A program made the position numbers and the translations under genes. Source: Mobula hypostoma (taxonomy: Eukaryota). From it: a DNA stretch of 64,000 nucleotides. The notes under the pieces are model-generated. The model saw only the letters and a program-made list of their open reading frames with translations, ran no database searches and was not told the DNA's origin. Positions within the stretch are counted from its first letter, which is position 1. Every line of letters starts with the position of its first letter. The stretch lies in contig NC_086097.1 of assembly GCF_963921235.1 (NCBI RefSeq), positions 124,808,001 through 124,872,000 of the forward strand, read 5' to 3'. Positions 13,470 through 28,135 of this stretch are shown one piece after another.

Positions 13470-15329
13470 CACCTAATATCCTCCTCCCTTTTCTTTCATT
13501 GTCCACTGTCCTCTCTTACCAGATTCCTTCTTTAGACCTTTATCTCTTCCACACATCACCTCCTTGCTTCTTACTTCATAACCATCTTCCCCATCCACCT
13601 ACTGCCACCTTACCTGGTTTCATCTATCACTTGCCAGCTTGTATAGATTCCCTCCCCCTATCTTCTTATTCTGGCTTCTCCCACCTTCCTCTCCAGTCCT
13701 GATGAAGGTTCTTGGCCCCAAATGTCGTATTGTTTATTCCCTGCCATAAATGCTGCTTGATCTGCTAGCAGTTACCTTCTGACAAGAAATTCAATGCTGG
13801 CTCAACCTGGAAAGCCCACATTCTTTAAAAATAATCCAGAAAATTTCACTCAATTGCATTAGACTTAAAAGCACATAACATTAAAGCTCAAGACCATACA
13901 ATTTCAGTGCACCCAGGACCTTTTCATAATTTAAAGTGACATCCATGGATTAAGTTCACAATTCCTACAAATACTACAGTTTCCAATGTTTTTGCTTAAA
14001 TACAAATTGGCATCAGTGGTTCTGACCTTCATCTCAACTCACTTTGCCCTCTTTCCCAATCTCATAGCCTTGTGTCTTCTATCAAAGAAACCCAATTACC
14101 AAAATACAGGTAGCTATTTTTGGACTCCTTCAAGATCTTAATTACCAGAAAGGTTTTACCACCAGTTATCTTACCATTGGATACAACAGGGTCTTTTAAG
14201 AGCCTCTTAGATACATGGAGCTTAGAAAAACAGAGCTATGCACTAGGGAAATTTTAGGCAGTTTCTAGAGTAGGTTACATGATCGGCACAACATTGTGGG
14301 CTGAAGGCCCTGTAATGTGCTGTAAATTTCTATGTTCACCTTCAGCCTGAGGTACCCAAGTCATTTGCAATTACACTCCAAGTGTAAAATCTCTGTTTTG
14401 GTATATCTCTGCATATTTCTAAATATCTGCCTATGCCCAAAGTCCATAAATAATGTGACCATTTCTGAACATTAACACCACCACTTTTGATCATAAATTG
14501 CTAAGAATACTAGCTAATATTCTATACAGGTAAGTAGAGATTTCCTCCAAATAATTGATAAATGATACTCAGCCTCCAAGTATAGTCATTGCCTTTTGCT
14601 TTTACTACAATTTTGTATTCAACAGCCAGAAATTATTTGGCAACTTGTGGATAAACCAAATTGTTCAAAATCATGGCGCCACATTCAACACAAACTGGAA
14701 TCTATCATTTGTGCAAACAGAAAATATTTATGTATTGGTTGCCTGCCTCCATCACTGCCTGCTTTGCAGCTCCTTACACCCTAATTTTTTTAATTTACAT
14801 TTCACTCCCCTTCAGGGTTAAAATTACTACTGACCAAGCTTTTCCACCTGTTCCAAGATACCCTTAGAAGACTCAGCTCAATCGATTCTGTTGCTGACTC
14901 CGCCACAGTACTTTGGAACAGTTATGTCAGAGTATAAATACATCCAGATACAGTATAATATAGGACAACATTCCACACAATTAGCTATGATCTGCAACTG
15001 CTAAATACTGGCCAGGATTTGATATCATCAAATACACCAAAAAGCTGTTAGCCAGTACATGCTGAACTTGAAAGGTACTGAATAACCAAATGATTTTCAA
15101 TAAAAACTGTTCAGATGCTTACTCTGAAATATCTGATAAGACATGTTGGATTGTAAGATGTCAGGTAAAAGTTTTGGTGCACATCCGTATAATTCACTTC
15201 CAAACTGTATACAATGCCTTGATCTGACACCTCTAGCAGAAAATGGAAGCCGACAATGCAACACTGCTCTTGCATTTAATTAATTTTACCCAAACACTAC
15301 AAATGCTTCATAAAAACCATCAGGGTAAT

Positions 15330-16450
15330 TCAAGCAACACACACAAAATGCTGGTGGAACACAGCAGGCCAGGCAGCATCTCTAGGAAGAGGTACAGTCG
15401 ACGTTTCGGGCCAAGACCCTTCGTCAGGACTAACTGAAAGAAGAGATAGTAAGAGATTTGAAAGGGGGAGGGGGAGATCAGAAATGATAGGAGAAGACAG
15501 GAGGGGAGGGGTGGATCTAAGAGCTAGAAAGATGATTGACAAAAGGGGATACAGGCTAGAGAAGGAAGAGGATCATGGGACGGGAAGCCTGGGGAGAAAG
15601 GTGGGAGGGGAGCCCAGAGGGTGGCGAGCAGGCAAGGAGTTATAGTGACGGGAACAGAGGGAGAAGAGATAAAAAAAAAAGGGGAAAAAATATATAAAAG
15701 TATTAAATAAGGGATGGGGTGTGCAGGGGAGGAGGGGCATTAGCTGAAGTTAGAGAAGTCAATTTTCATGCTATCAGGTTGGAGGCTACCCAGACAGAAT
15801 ATAAGGTGTTGTTCCTCCAACCTGAGTGTGGCTTCATCTTGACAGTAGAGGAGGCCGTGGATAGACACATCAGAAAGGGAATGGGACGTGGAATTAAAAT
15901 GTGTGGCCACTGGGAGATGCTGCTTACTCTGGCAGACAGAGGGTAGGTGTTCAGCAAAACGGTCTCCCAGCCTGCGTCGGGTCTCGCCAATACATAGAAG
16001 GCCACATCAGGAGCACCGGACGCAGTACGTCACCCCAGCCGACTCACAGGTGAAGTGTCACCTCACCTGGAAGGACTGTCTGGGGCCCTGAATGGTGGTG
16101 AGGAAGAAAGTGTAAGAGCATGTGTAGCACTTGCTCTGCTTACAAGGATAAGTCCCGGGAGGGAGATTGGTTGGGGGTTGTGGGGGAGGGGTGTGGTGAA
16201 TGGACAAAGGAGTCGCGTAGGGAGCGATCCCTGCAGAAAGCAGAAAGATGTGCTTAGTGGTGGGATCCCATTGGAGGTGGCGACGTTATGGAGAATTACG
16301 TGTTGGACCCTGAGGCTGGTGGGGTGGTAGGTGAGGACAAGGGGAACCCTATTCCTAGTGGGGTGGCAGGAGGATGGGATGAGAGCAGATGTGCGTGAAA
16401 TGGGAGAGATGCATTTGAGAGCAGAGTTGATGGTGGAGGAAGGGAAGGCA
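15330..16450 (-). mobile_element. Penelope-like element, 3' fragment with frameshifts, in 14-3-3 intron 2
   Basis: ORF pieces FPSSTINSALK...RVPLVLTYHPTSLRVQH match the 29-31 kb element; same 3' UTR and tail. Confidence 0.9.
15396..15431 (-). ncRNA. Minimal hammerhead ribozyme motif with intact core
   Basis: The minus strand reads AGTC-CTGACGA-AGGGTCTTGGCCC-GAAAC-GTC-GACT. Confidence 0.8.
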
Positions 16451-19400
16451 TCGATACTCAATTCAAGGCCACCCCTCCCCTCATTTACATGAAGCTTCTT
16501 TATTTCAATTTACCAAACTCTATGGCAGAGAGGGATACAGAACTCAATACAAAAGTATTTGATTTTGCCGATTTCCGATACCCAAATTTTTTCAACTCAA
16601 ACGCTGTGACAACATTGTCTACTGTCCCATCTCCTTCTGAAAATTTTGCACTTTGATTACAAGCCCATCTGTTTTCTTTGAGCATGTTCCCAAAATGCAG
16701 TCTAAACCTTTGCTTATAAACTGTTGTTTCCCTTTGCCCTTAGTCTTTGACAATTCATACAAAGCTTTATACATCCAACATCTTTCTACCACAATTAACC
16801 AAAAAATCCTCAGTTTCCACTTCAAGTCCCCTTGGAAACAAAAACTGATCTAAAAAAGCAGAAATCTGATGGAACAAAATGATTTGTCAGTATTTCAAGT
16901 CTGAACTTTCATCAGTTCTAATGAAGGGTCACAACCCTGGAAGGTTCACTTATTCTACAGATGCCTTTAACTGCCAAGCTTTTCCAGCTTTTGTTTCAAA
17001 TATCTTGCATAAGGTGTCAACTGACATTTCTCATGGCCATGTCATTCTAATATAATTCTAGAAATTTGCCTAATATCCGACCTCAACAAGCTAGTAAAAT
17101 GATCAAAAAAGGTTTTCATCTTCAGCCAACCCCACTGTAGACCAATTCCCAAATTGGCAATCTATATAATTGCAAGATAACACAACAAGCCAAGCAACTT
17201 GTTACATTCTGCCCTTTAATAATGGCTATTTACATTTGCTTCCAACTTTGCCCACCTCCAGCAGTATGGATTACCTACCATCAATAGAGATCAATAGCTA
17301 CCCTCATTTCAGATATCTCCTGGCAGGTCTCAGTAATAGCACACCCAAAAACCAGACAACTTATTTCAATCTGAAATGCATTTGTTTAATGATACATAAC
17401 TCTTCCCCATTTGATTTTCTCTAGCCTTTAAACAATCCTCCCAAAGGTATCTTCTTTTTAAAATAAATTTTATAACGTACTTGCCTATGGGACTTGACTG
17501 ATTAGTGACTCTTATTCTGGGGTCTTTTAGCATATCAATGAAATTAAGCCCTCAACATTGTCTGGGTTGTGCTGACTCTTTGCAAATAATGTCCTGTTAT
17601 ACTGAGTCTTAATACATCATAGGCTGGCTACTTGTGAACAACAGAGAAGATATTTTATATACAAGAAATAATTCCTATTTTTGATTATTCCTATTATTTT
17701 TACGACTTCAATGCATAGTCCAGCCAAGTATTAAGCAGAAAGTACAAGCCCTTGAATAGAGCTCAACTTCTAATACACTTAAACAGACCCCTAACTGGAA
17801 TACATCTCAGCATCAGAAGTGATGCAACAGGTTTCCATTATCCAAATGGATGGAACTGCAATTTCATTCTTATCTAACCTACCATAGCCCAAAAAAGCCA
17901 CAAAGACTTCACTCAGATGTTTACAGACAGCCCAACGTTCCATCTACTGTTTACCTCTTGAATACCAAAACCGTATTTCCCAACATTGAATTTCCCCATC
18001 ACATTTTTAGACCTAACCATTTCCACAGATTTGCCATGAATGGTTGACACCAAGTTGTAGACAATCTTTTTCTAATTACATGACTAAAGATTTCGAAGTC
18101 CACCATGAACCATGTTCCTACTTACCAATGGCATGCCGTCTTCAAACACCTGAGGCAGAACCAAACAAATTAAAACAGTGGCACCCTAGGCAATGCAGGC
18201 ATGCTTCCAGGCCCATATACTCTCCTAGTGGAGAATATTATTTATAGCTCACCTATCACAAGTATCAGTCCTGCCACTGATACCTGTAGGCTGGATTATC
18301 TATTGTTCCGGCCTGTACCCCAATTTGCAATCTCTAATTTCTAGTCAGCTACCAAACCCATTTTAAGACTCACATTGCATTGTGAGCAAAGCTGGTGAAA
18401 GTCCAGATTTTAAAGATGGCACTTAATTAAAATCTTCCAGTGGCTATAGTCCCAGAATACTCCAGTATTTCTATGTTTGTCAATTGTGATTTTCTTTATT
18501 CCACTGGCAGCCATATCTTCACGTCTAGCCCACAAACGTGGCCTGCTTTCCTCAAGATGAATCTTGGGATTATCCCAAATAATTGGGCATCAAATTCTGT
18601 TCGAAAATGATGCCCTAAAATGCTATAGAGCATTTATCATGTTGAGAACATGAATGGAAATTGTTTCAGAGATTGGGTAAGAATGCAGTGAAGTTCAAGG
18701 CAGAGAGGGGTATTGTTGCATTTGACAACTCATCCTCACTGTAATCACTATGAATTGTTTTATGCAAACACGAGGAAATCTACAGATGCTGGAATTGTTT
18801 TAAATAGGTTGGGTAGGGCAGCTTCATTTGGCAGGTAACCACTCTGTAACTTTTATGCAAACTAATGGCCCAGAACACTGCAGAATTATAGCAAAAACTG
18901 TAGATGCTGGAAATCTGTAACAAATAGAAAAGTCAGGAAAAAACGAGGTTAGGCCACTGAGTATTTCAACAGCTTTTAACTTATAGAAGTAATCCTGCTT
19001 GCCCACACTGCATGTTTGAAACAAAAAGTCAATGAAAGAATTCAGAGGATCAACCAGCATCTGTGGAAACAAGACCATGCGCTAGTATTTGTTATAAACA
19101 TTGAGGTGACTCACTAATGGAGGTGGATTTTTCCAATTTTAAAATTGAACTGTTAAAAATGATCACATTACCAGAAACTCAACACAAAGCATACACAGAA
19201 CTACAATGTCATTACCAAAATTTTAAATATTACATCTACAATTCAAGTCATTGTACCACCTATTCCTATAAACAAATTAAGTGAATATAAATGTCATGTA
19301 AAACAAATGCTTCTAATACTGGAAACATTAAAAATAATCAAACAAAATAACTCAGTTCTTAATCCCCTAATTTCTACTTTGATCCAATTTTAGTTTGCAC

Positions 19401-21171
19401 AAATCTGTTTTTCCAACAATGGTTACACACCTCCAAGAGTTGACAAATAAAACCCAATATGAAATGATGTCACTTCATCTACGCCACAGAGTTCTTTCCT
19501 GGATTAGACACTTATTTTTTTCAAATTATCCAAAAAATGCAGCTAAATTGAAACCTGATACAGTTAAATTGACATTTAATGTTTCCATGCATTTTTCCAC
19601 ATTTACAGTTCAATTCTTCCCCCCCCCCACACCAAGGATCAGCTTTTTCTTCCACTATTTACATGTATTAGTAATTTGCTGTGGTGTTAGTCAGAATTTG
19701 ACATACAACCATCTGTAATAAAAGCATGAGCAAATATGCTAGAGAAACAAAACTTGTTTAGATTTACAAACATAACCCAAAACAACTCCCAAACATTTGA
19801 GAAGGGTAGCTGAAGTTCATGCCTTTTGATGTCATACCAAGCTTTTTAAAACTCAGTGAATGGGAAGTGCAGTTGGAACTATCCATTCTGTCACAGGTTG
19901 AAGAAACCAGGCCTCAAATTTTAACACTTGGAAAAAATCTGAGAAATAAAAGCTAGAAGCCTTCCTTATATTACACTCAGGCAATTTAATACAAAGCAAT
20001 TAAAAGACCCAAAGTTTATATTACATTTGATTAAAAAAACAAATTAATCTATACAAAACACGTGTTTATTGCACACTTCAAGCAGAATTTTCTGGAGTTG
20101 GATAATAAAGGGGAGGGGAAGAAAAACCAATAAGGCTCCAATATTGTTCACTTTCAAAATGCTGCAGATAAAAAAAATTGTACCTACCAATCCGTTTTAC
20201 ATGAAAGCAAGATCACTGCAGAAGCAGAAAATGACCTCATGGTGCAAGAATCACTTTCAACCCTCCACCACTGCAACAAAAAAATCCTACCAGGAAAAGT
20301 TCACCTGAATCCAAAAATAAATAGGGAGTCTTCAACCTCACCTCTCCGCACCCTTTAGCAGGTCTACACATCAGCACCAGTGATTAACCGATTTGCAATA
20401 ATCCTTTAGTGACTAGCCTAAAGCTGTGTCACCTAAAGTAAACCGTTATCAGCAGCCTTCAAAGGCACGCCCAATAAAAACCAAGCCTAGTATTGCAATA
20501 AAACAGTAAAGTTAAACAAGGAGCCTCATTTGCATGTGCATAATCAAAGACGATTAAATAACGACTTCAGTGGGGGGGGCAATAACATGTTAAAATTTAA
20601 ATTATTATACTGTATACTTTAAATTTTGAATTAGACAATAATGCAAAACATAGCCGGGAGGCGTTGAGAGGAAGGCCTCCAATGGCAACGCCCAAAAATC
20701 TGGCTGCGTTTCCTTCACCTAATCCGAGACTGCCCGCTATTCCCTCTCAACAAAAAGAGTCCGTTATAACCGATTCCAATATAAGATTTCTTTACGGACA
20801 GATTTAAAATTCAGACTCATGAGAAACAAGGTCAAAGCGGTGACAAGTAAATGCTGCGGCTCCCTGGTAATATGGATTGTAACATCTCAAACCACCACCC
20901 CTCCAACCGGAGGTGAGGAGGAGACTGAACAACCGCAGATTTCCTCCATTTACAGAAAGGGAAACGAGACGAGAGGGAGGATAAAATGATTTTTTTAAAA
21001 AAAACAACCGATTGTAATACTGCCAGACGAAAACATCTGCAAACCGTAATAATACTGCCTTTATCGAGCTATATAGTTCAACGGCTTCGAATGTAAAATT
21101 TACACAAGCTGAAACATCGTTCAGAAATATGTATAAGGAATGCAGGTTTCTCGATTGTAAATGGCGACCTA

Positions 21172-21726
<555 letters not shown>

Positions 21727-22284
21727 TCAAAAAAAGCGACGAGATAAATCCCTTCCCTCCACTGATTTCCACCCTTCCCCACCCATTGTGAGTAAAATCG
21801 AGGGGCGAAAGAAAGGAAGGGATAGAGAACAAGGCTCGCGAACTCCCCACCCTTAACAATAAAAGGAATTGCGACCCTTTCCCAGGGAAAACGCCCCATT
21901 TTTTTCCTCTCCAAAGCAAAAAGGATCTCAGTGAGGGGAGGGAGGGGAAAAAACGAGCCGCACTGCCGTGCCGGGTGGCGGGGGCAAGTGGGCGAGGGTT
22001 CCCCGGCGGCGCAGCGGGGCCTCTGCAAGCCGCCCTCGGCCAGGGTGGCGACAAGTAGCACCCCACCCCGGTCCCGGTGCTGGAGCCTCCATCGCCCGCC
22101 ACCCACCCTCCCCCTTGACGCTCATCTGTTTTTTAATTCTTGTTTTTTTGTTGTTGTTCCCCGATGCACTTCGTCCTCCTCGGTCGATGAATGAATGAAG
22201 GGCTGGGGGGGGGGAGCGGGGTGGGGTGAGGAACGGAGAGAGGAGAAGGGGGGAGGAAGAGAGAGCGGCCGCCCTTTCTTTTAC

Positions 22285-22480
22285 CTACTGTCCGAGTTGA
22301 GCCCTCACGGTGACTCTGGCGCTCAGCGAGTGAGGAGGAACCGCCGCGATTCACCTCACTTGACGCTCGTTCGCCTGCTCGCACTCGCACTCGCTCGCTC
22401 TCACACACACTCGGTGGGTGGGGGAGGTGATGGCGCTGCCACTGCTCAGATGAGGGGGGAGGGGAGGGGAGACGGAGCCT
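22285..22480 (-). other. Probable non-coding exon 1 (5' UTR) of the 14-3-3 gene
   Basis: GC-rich segment just downstream of the promoter motifs, with candidate donor TAG|GTAAAA at 22285/22284 (alternative GAG|GTGAAT near 22354). Vertebrate zeta/beta/theta genes have an untranslated first exon. The TSS is a guess. Confidence 0.5.
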
Positions 22481-22531
22481 TTTCCTCTCTCAGCTGATCC
22501 TCGAGCGGCTCTCCGCCGCACGGGGTTTCCT

Positions 22532-22625
22532 CCAATGAGGTGCAGGGCGAAATGACGTCAAACCGTTGCCCGGGCAACGGCGGCATGATTGACGTGTAAA
22601 ATCGATTATCTCCCGTGTTATAAAA
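22532..22625. promoter_or_regulatory. Proximal promoter motif cluster: CCAAT, full CRE, palindromic RFX X-box, half CRE, TATA-like
   Basis: CCAAT 22532-22536; TGACGTCA 22553-22560; CCGTTGCCCGGGCAACGG 22563-22580; TGACGT 22590-22595; TATAAAA 22619-22625 on the + strand. Confidence 0.7.
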
Positions 22626-25600
22626 CGAAAGGCGCTCTTTCCCACACCCCTGTTTCTTCCCCCCCACCTTCTCAAATGCATCCCTTCCTCCTTTCTCAAT
22701 TAAATTAATGCGGAAGAAAAGAAATAATAATATATATTTATATGGTGCCTTTACACTGGGTGCGTTCGCGCCTTGGGAGTGTTGCGTTTTTGCGCAATGC
22801 TACACGTGTGTAGAAATCCAGCAAGGGGGCAATGAGGGCACTCAACACACCCAGCAGCAGCCTTATTAAAGCTCAAAGCTAACAATGCACTTGGAAAGAA
22901 GGGAGGGGAATGGGAAGGTTACCGAAAACGTTAACCTTTCCAATGCACCACAATTATTGCAATCTGCTAAGCAATTTAGGCTTCATACAGAATCAAACGC
23001 AATATATCAAGGAATTATGTAGTCCCTGTGGTGCTGATGTCAAAAGACTATCTCTATGCAAAACCCAAAATGACAACTGTAAGCTTAAAATTGATTTTCC
23101 CATCTGCAATGCTGCTTTAAAGAATTGTGTATCAGCATTCATAGCTCATTCTGGTATTCCACCAATGGTTGTACAATACATATTCACAATTTGGTTTGTC
23201 AAACCTTCTAGAATGAATTAACTATTATTTGGCTGCCTCATTATTTAATGTATAAAATTTTGCAAAAAAAAAATCATTGATTTACAAGCACAAGAGATTC
23301 TGCAGATGCTGAAAGTCCAGAGAAACACACACAAAATGCAGGTAAGGCAGCATCTATGGAGAGGAACCAACAGTTAGGCCGAGACCCTTCATCAGGGCAT
23401 CTTCAATTTATAAGAAACCTGAACCGGTAGATATCTTCATTCACAACACTGAACTGATCCCTTTGGACTCAGTTTGATGCCCTCTACAACTCATGATCTC
23501 AATATAATTCATGTATTTATTTGTTTATTATTACTTGTTTCTTTTTGTATTGCAGTCTTTGTGTGTAGTTTTTCATCGGTTCTATCGCATGTCTTTCTTC
23601 TACTGTGGATGCCTGCAAGAAAATGAATTTCATGAGGGTATTTGGTGACATATATGTACTTTAATAAAACTTCCTTTGAACCTGCCTGACTTTTTTAATA
23701 TATGAAAAAATAATGGACCCAGTCCCCATTTTTTTCAGTAATCCTTTGAGCATATGAACTCAATCAGAAAAAAGGAGTAATTTATTTATTGCATTTCATG
23801 ACCTTAGAATGTCTAAAATGTGTACATGATAAATAAAGTGTTTTTGATTGCAATGAAAACAAAAATCCTCAAAATCCTGACTCCATGGATGCTGCCTGGC
23901 CCACTGAGTATTTCTGGCATTTTCTGTTTTTATTTCAATAGTTTTGCTTTTCAGAATCAGGTTTAATATCACTGATGTACCTGTATGTCGCGAAATGTGT
24001 TGTTTTGTGCCAGCAGTACAGTGGAATACATAAACATTTACCATAAATTACAATTATATATATATAATTAAATAATTAGTGCAGAAGTAGTGAGGTAGTG
24101 TTCATGCATTGGTTCATTGTGGTGGCAAGAGGGAAGAAGCTTTTTTATTTTTTATTCAGTAACAGCCTCCGTGTCCAAATACAACCCGAGTGACCAACTA
24201 ACCTGCTTACCCATAAGTCTTTGGGGTGTGGAAGGAAACCCGAGCCTCTAGAGGAAGCCTATGCAGTCACGGGGAGGATGTACAAATTCCTTACAGATGG
24301 TGATGGGAATTGAATCCGGGTCTCTGGCATTGTAAAGCGTTATGTTAACTGCAAAGTAGCATTCCTAAAATGTTGATTGTGTGTTTTCAGGCCCCTGTAC
24401 CTCCTCTCTGATGGTAGTACTGAGAAGAGAGCACCAGTAGACAGCAAGCTTTTCACTTACTGTTCAACTACAGTCACCTTTATAAAGAATCTTGACAGAC
24501 AGTTTCCATGCAATAGGTCTAATTGAATGAAATAAATCTTCATAAAAAATATTTTTGAGGTTTATTTCAAAGATTAATTTTCAGAGAAGTTGCTCCCCTG
24601 TCTTGATGTTGCCTGGGATGGATTTTTTCAGCTTTTCCACCATTAGCTATCTCCTGCAATGAAAGATGCAATTCAGAGCATAAGACATAGGAGTAGAATT
24701 AGGCTATTTGGCCCATCATGTCTGCTGCCCATTCCATCATGGCTGATTTATTATCCCCCTCAAACCCATTCTCCTATAAGACATGGGATCAGAAAAAAAA
24801 AAGAATTATTGAGCTGTGCACGGCTGAAAGAAGAATGGTCATATTTTACCCTGGGTCATGGTCTTGAAACACACAGAATGAGGCCTGAAAATGTGTGTAA
24901 AAGGTCTTGGTCTGAAATGTTGATAGGTTATTCCTCTCCACAGATGCTGCCTGATCTTCTGAGTTCCTCTGCCATTTTGTGTGTGTATAGTCATTGCAGT
25001 ATTGATCTGCTGTAGGTTAGTACAGTTGTTATTCCCAGTCTTATCCTCCTTCTACACTCCCCCAATCCTGCCATTTTCCACTCCTTTCTGTTCACCTCAG
25101 CTAGTTCAATTATTTCCTCTTTCACCTGCAGAACATTTAAATCTGAACCCAGTTTAAAAATTTACGTTCCAAATTTACATTTTTCATGTTCAAAATCTTT
25201 TTAACTCTCCATTCATACTGGGAAGTCATTAATTATGGAATTGCAGAGTCACACATCATGAAAACAACTCCTTCGGCCTGCTACGTCCATGCCACTTATC
25301 AGCTAATAATCAATGCTGAGTAACACATTCAAAATGCAGGAGCAACTCAGCAGGTCAGGCAGCGTCTGCAGAGAGGGATAAAGGGTGGATGTTTCGGGCA
25401 GAGGTTCTTCGTCAGGACTCATTCCTTTCCACAGAAGTTCCTTTATTCCTCTCCATAGATGCCACCTGACCTGCACAGTTCCTCCACCATCTTATGTGTG
25501 TTACTCTGATTTCCAGCATCTGCAGAACCTCTTGTGTTTATGATCCACACCAATCCTATTTTCAGCATTATACAGCATGGTGTTTCAGGCAATGATTTTA

Positions 25601-25839
25601 AAACTTTGTGAAAGCATCTGCCTTCACCCCCACCCCCCGCCCCCGCTCCCCAGGAAGTCCGTTACATAGCCCAACTATTCTCTGGATGAAAAATATTTCC
25701 CTCAAATCTCCTCAAAAATATTCTACCCTTCGCTTAAACCATGCCTTCAGGAAATATGCTGTGCTGTTAAGGGCAAATATTCAAAATATCTACCCCGTCT
25801 ACACCCTTCATAATTTTGTTCTGCCTTTATTGAAATCTC

Positions 25840-26280
25840 TAAATTCCTCGGTGTTATCATTTCAGATCATCTGTCCTAGGCCCAGCATGTAAGCGCAATT
25901 TATGAAGAAAACACTTCAGTGCCTCTACTTCCTTTAGAGTATGTAAAGACTCAGCATGACATCCAAAACTTTGACAAACTTCTATAGATGTGCGGCCGAA
26001 AGTATATTGACTGGCTGCATCACAGCCTGGTATGGGAATACCAATGCCCTTGAATGGAAAGTCCTGCAGAAAGTAGTGGATAAGGCCCAGTCCATCATGG
26101 ATAAAACCCTACCCACCACTGAGCACATCTACAGGGAGCACCATCACTGGAAGGTAGTGTCCGTCATCAAGGACCTCCACCACCCAGGTCATGTTCTCTT
26201 CTCAGGAAGAAGATACAGAAGCATCAGGACTCACACCAGGGGTTCAGGAACAGTTACTGCCCTCCAACCATCAGGCCCTT
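25840..26280 (+). mobile_element. Rex1/Babar-like LINE 3' fragment
   Basis: Peptide TLTNFYRCAAESILTGCITAWYGN...LQKVVDKAQSI...HHPGH. Confidence 0.8.
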
Positions 26281-27831
26281 GGCCATTGTAAATTGTCCCA
26301 TGATTAGGCCAGTGTTAACTAGGTGGGTTGCTGGGCTTGTTGGACCAGAAGGGCCTGATCTTTACCATATTTCTAAACAAATAAAACACTAGTAACTGTA
26401 AATTCCATTGATAATGTTAACCAAGGAAATAGCCAGATTCAAATAATGTGAAACCTGCCTCTGACACCAAGAAGTTTCCAGAAAAATTCAACTTTAAGTA
26501 CTGAAAAAAAATTTCACTGAACAATGGCATGTATATAGGTGAATATATAAAAATATAAACAAGCGGAGGAACTTTAGACAACAAGAAAAATGACAAATCC
26601 AACAGTACTCACATCCTTCCTACAATAGTCTGATCAGAACTGCTCCTTCATCTGTGGCGTAAGCGATGTCTTATAAAGCAGTAACATTTCTTCAATGCCC
26701 TAGTTAATGAAGGAAGGTATCCCATTGGCTTTCTTCGTGATCTTGTCCTCCTGTGCTGCTATATTTGGAAATGGCCACAAAGTTTTTAATTTCGAGAAGC
26801 AGCTCTGTAACAGTCCCTTCTGGTCCCTGGAGCCAGCCCCACCCGATTACACCCATGTGACCAATTAACCCACTAATCCGTAGGGGAATTTCACGGCATA
26901 TGCCAGTGACATTAAACATGATTCTCATTCTAAACCGGAGCACCCAGAGAAAACACACGGTCATGGAGAGAACGTACAAACTCCTTACAGAGAGCAGCGG
27001 GAATCCTCTGGTCTTCAGTCGTTCCAAGGGTCTTACCCTTCTGTGTATATACCCTAACCACTGTCAATGGATCACTTTATACTCTACAGAATTAAATTCC
27101 ATCTGCTATTACTTGGTCCGTTTTACCAACTCATCAACACAATTCCACAGCTTAAAAACTACCCTCCTCCCTATCAAAGTTCAAAAAGTAAATTTATCAT
27201 CAAAGTATGTCTATGTCACCATATACTACCTTCAGAGCCATTTTCCTGAAGGCATTCACAGTAGAACGAAGAAATACAATAGAATTAATTAAAAACTACA
27301 CACAAACAAAAAAAGTAATAAATAATCCCGAGAACATAATTTGAAGAGACCTTGAAAATGAGTCCGATGTTTGAGGAATCAATTCAGAGTTGAGGTGGGT
27401 GAAGTTATCCACCATGATTCAGGAGCCTGAAGGTTGAAGGGTAATAACTGTTCCTGAACCCGGTGGTTTAGGACCTAAGGCTCCTGTACCTCCTGTAGCG
27501 AGAAGAGAACATGGCCTGGATGTGGCTATCAGCAACACTAAGAATTTTCTTGTCGTCTGTGAACTTTCTGATATTTCCTACATTCATATCCAGATCATTA
27601 ATGTATACATCAAACAACGAGGGTTCCAGAACTGAACCCCGCAGTATACGACTGCTACCAGACTTCCAATCACAGAACAAACTTTGACCTTCAACCTGTG
27701 GTTCTTATCACCAAGCCAATTATCAGATTGTCACTGGATCCACGGGCCTTTGTTGTATTTACCAGTCTCTTATGCAGGACCTTGTCAAAAGGTATAAATA
27801 AAGTCCATGTAGACCATTAATGGACAGACAG

Positions 27832-28135
27832 GGCTTGGCTTTACTTGTCACATGTACATCGAAATATTGGAATATACAGTGAACTGCGTTGTTTGTATCA
27901 ATGACAAACATAGTCCCAGATGTGCTGTCGACATGCTTCCGGCACCAAAGTAGCATGCCCACAACCAACCCGAACTCCAACATCTTTGGAACATGGGGGG
28001 GGCGCGGAGGGGGAACTGGAGCACCCAGATGAAACCAACACGATCGCGGGGAAAACGTACAAACCTCTTACAGTCAGCAGCAGAAATTGAACCTTATTTG
28101 TTGGAGCTGTAAAGCAACATGCTAACCATGCCACT
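27832..28135 (-). mobile_element. V-domain SINE
   Basis: Reverse complement of the same head, V domain and tail. Confidence 0.75.
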
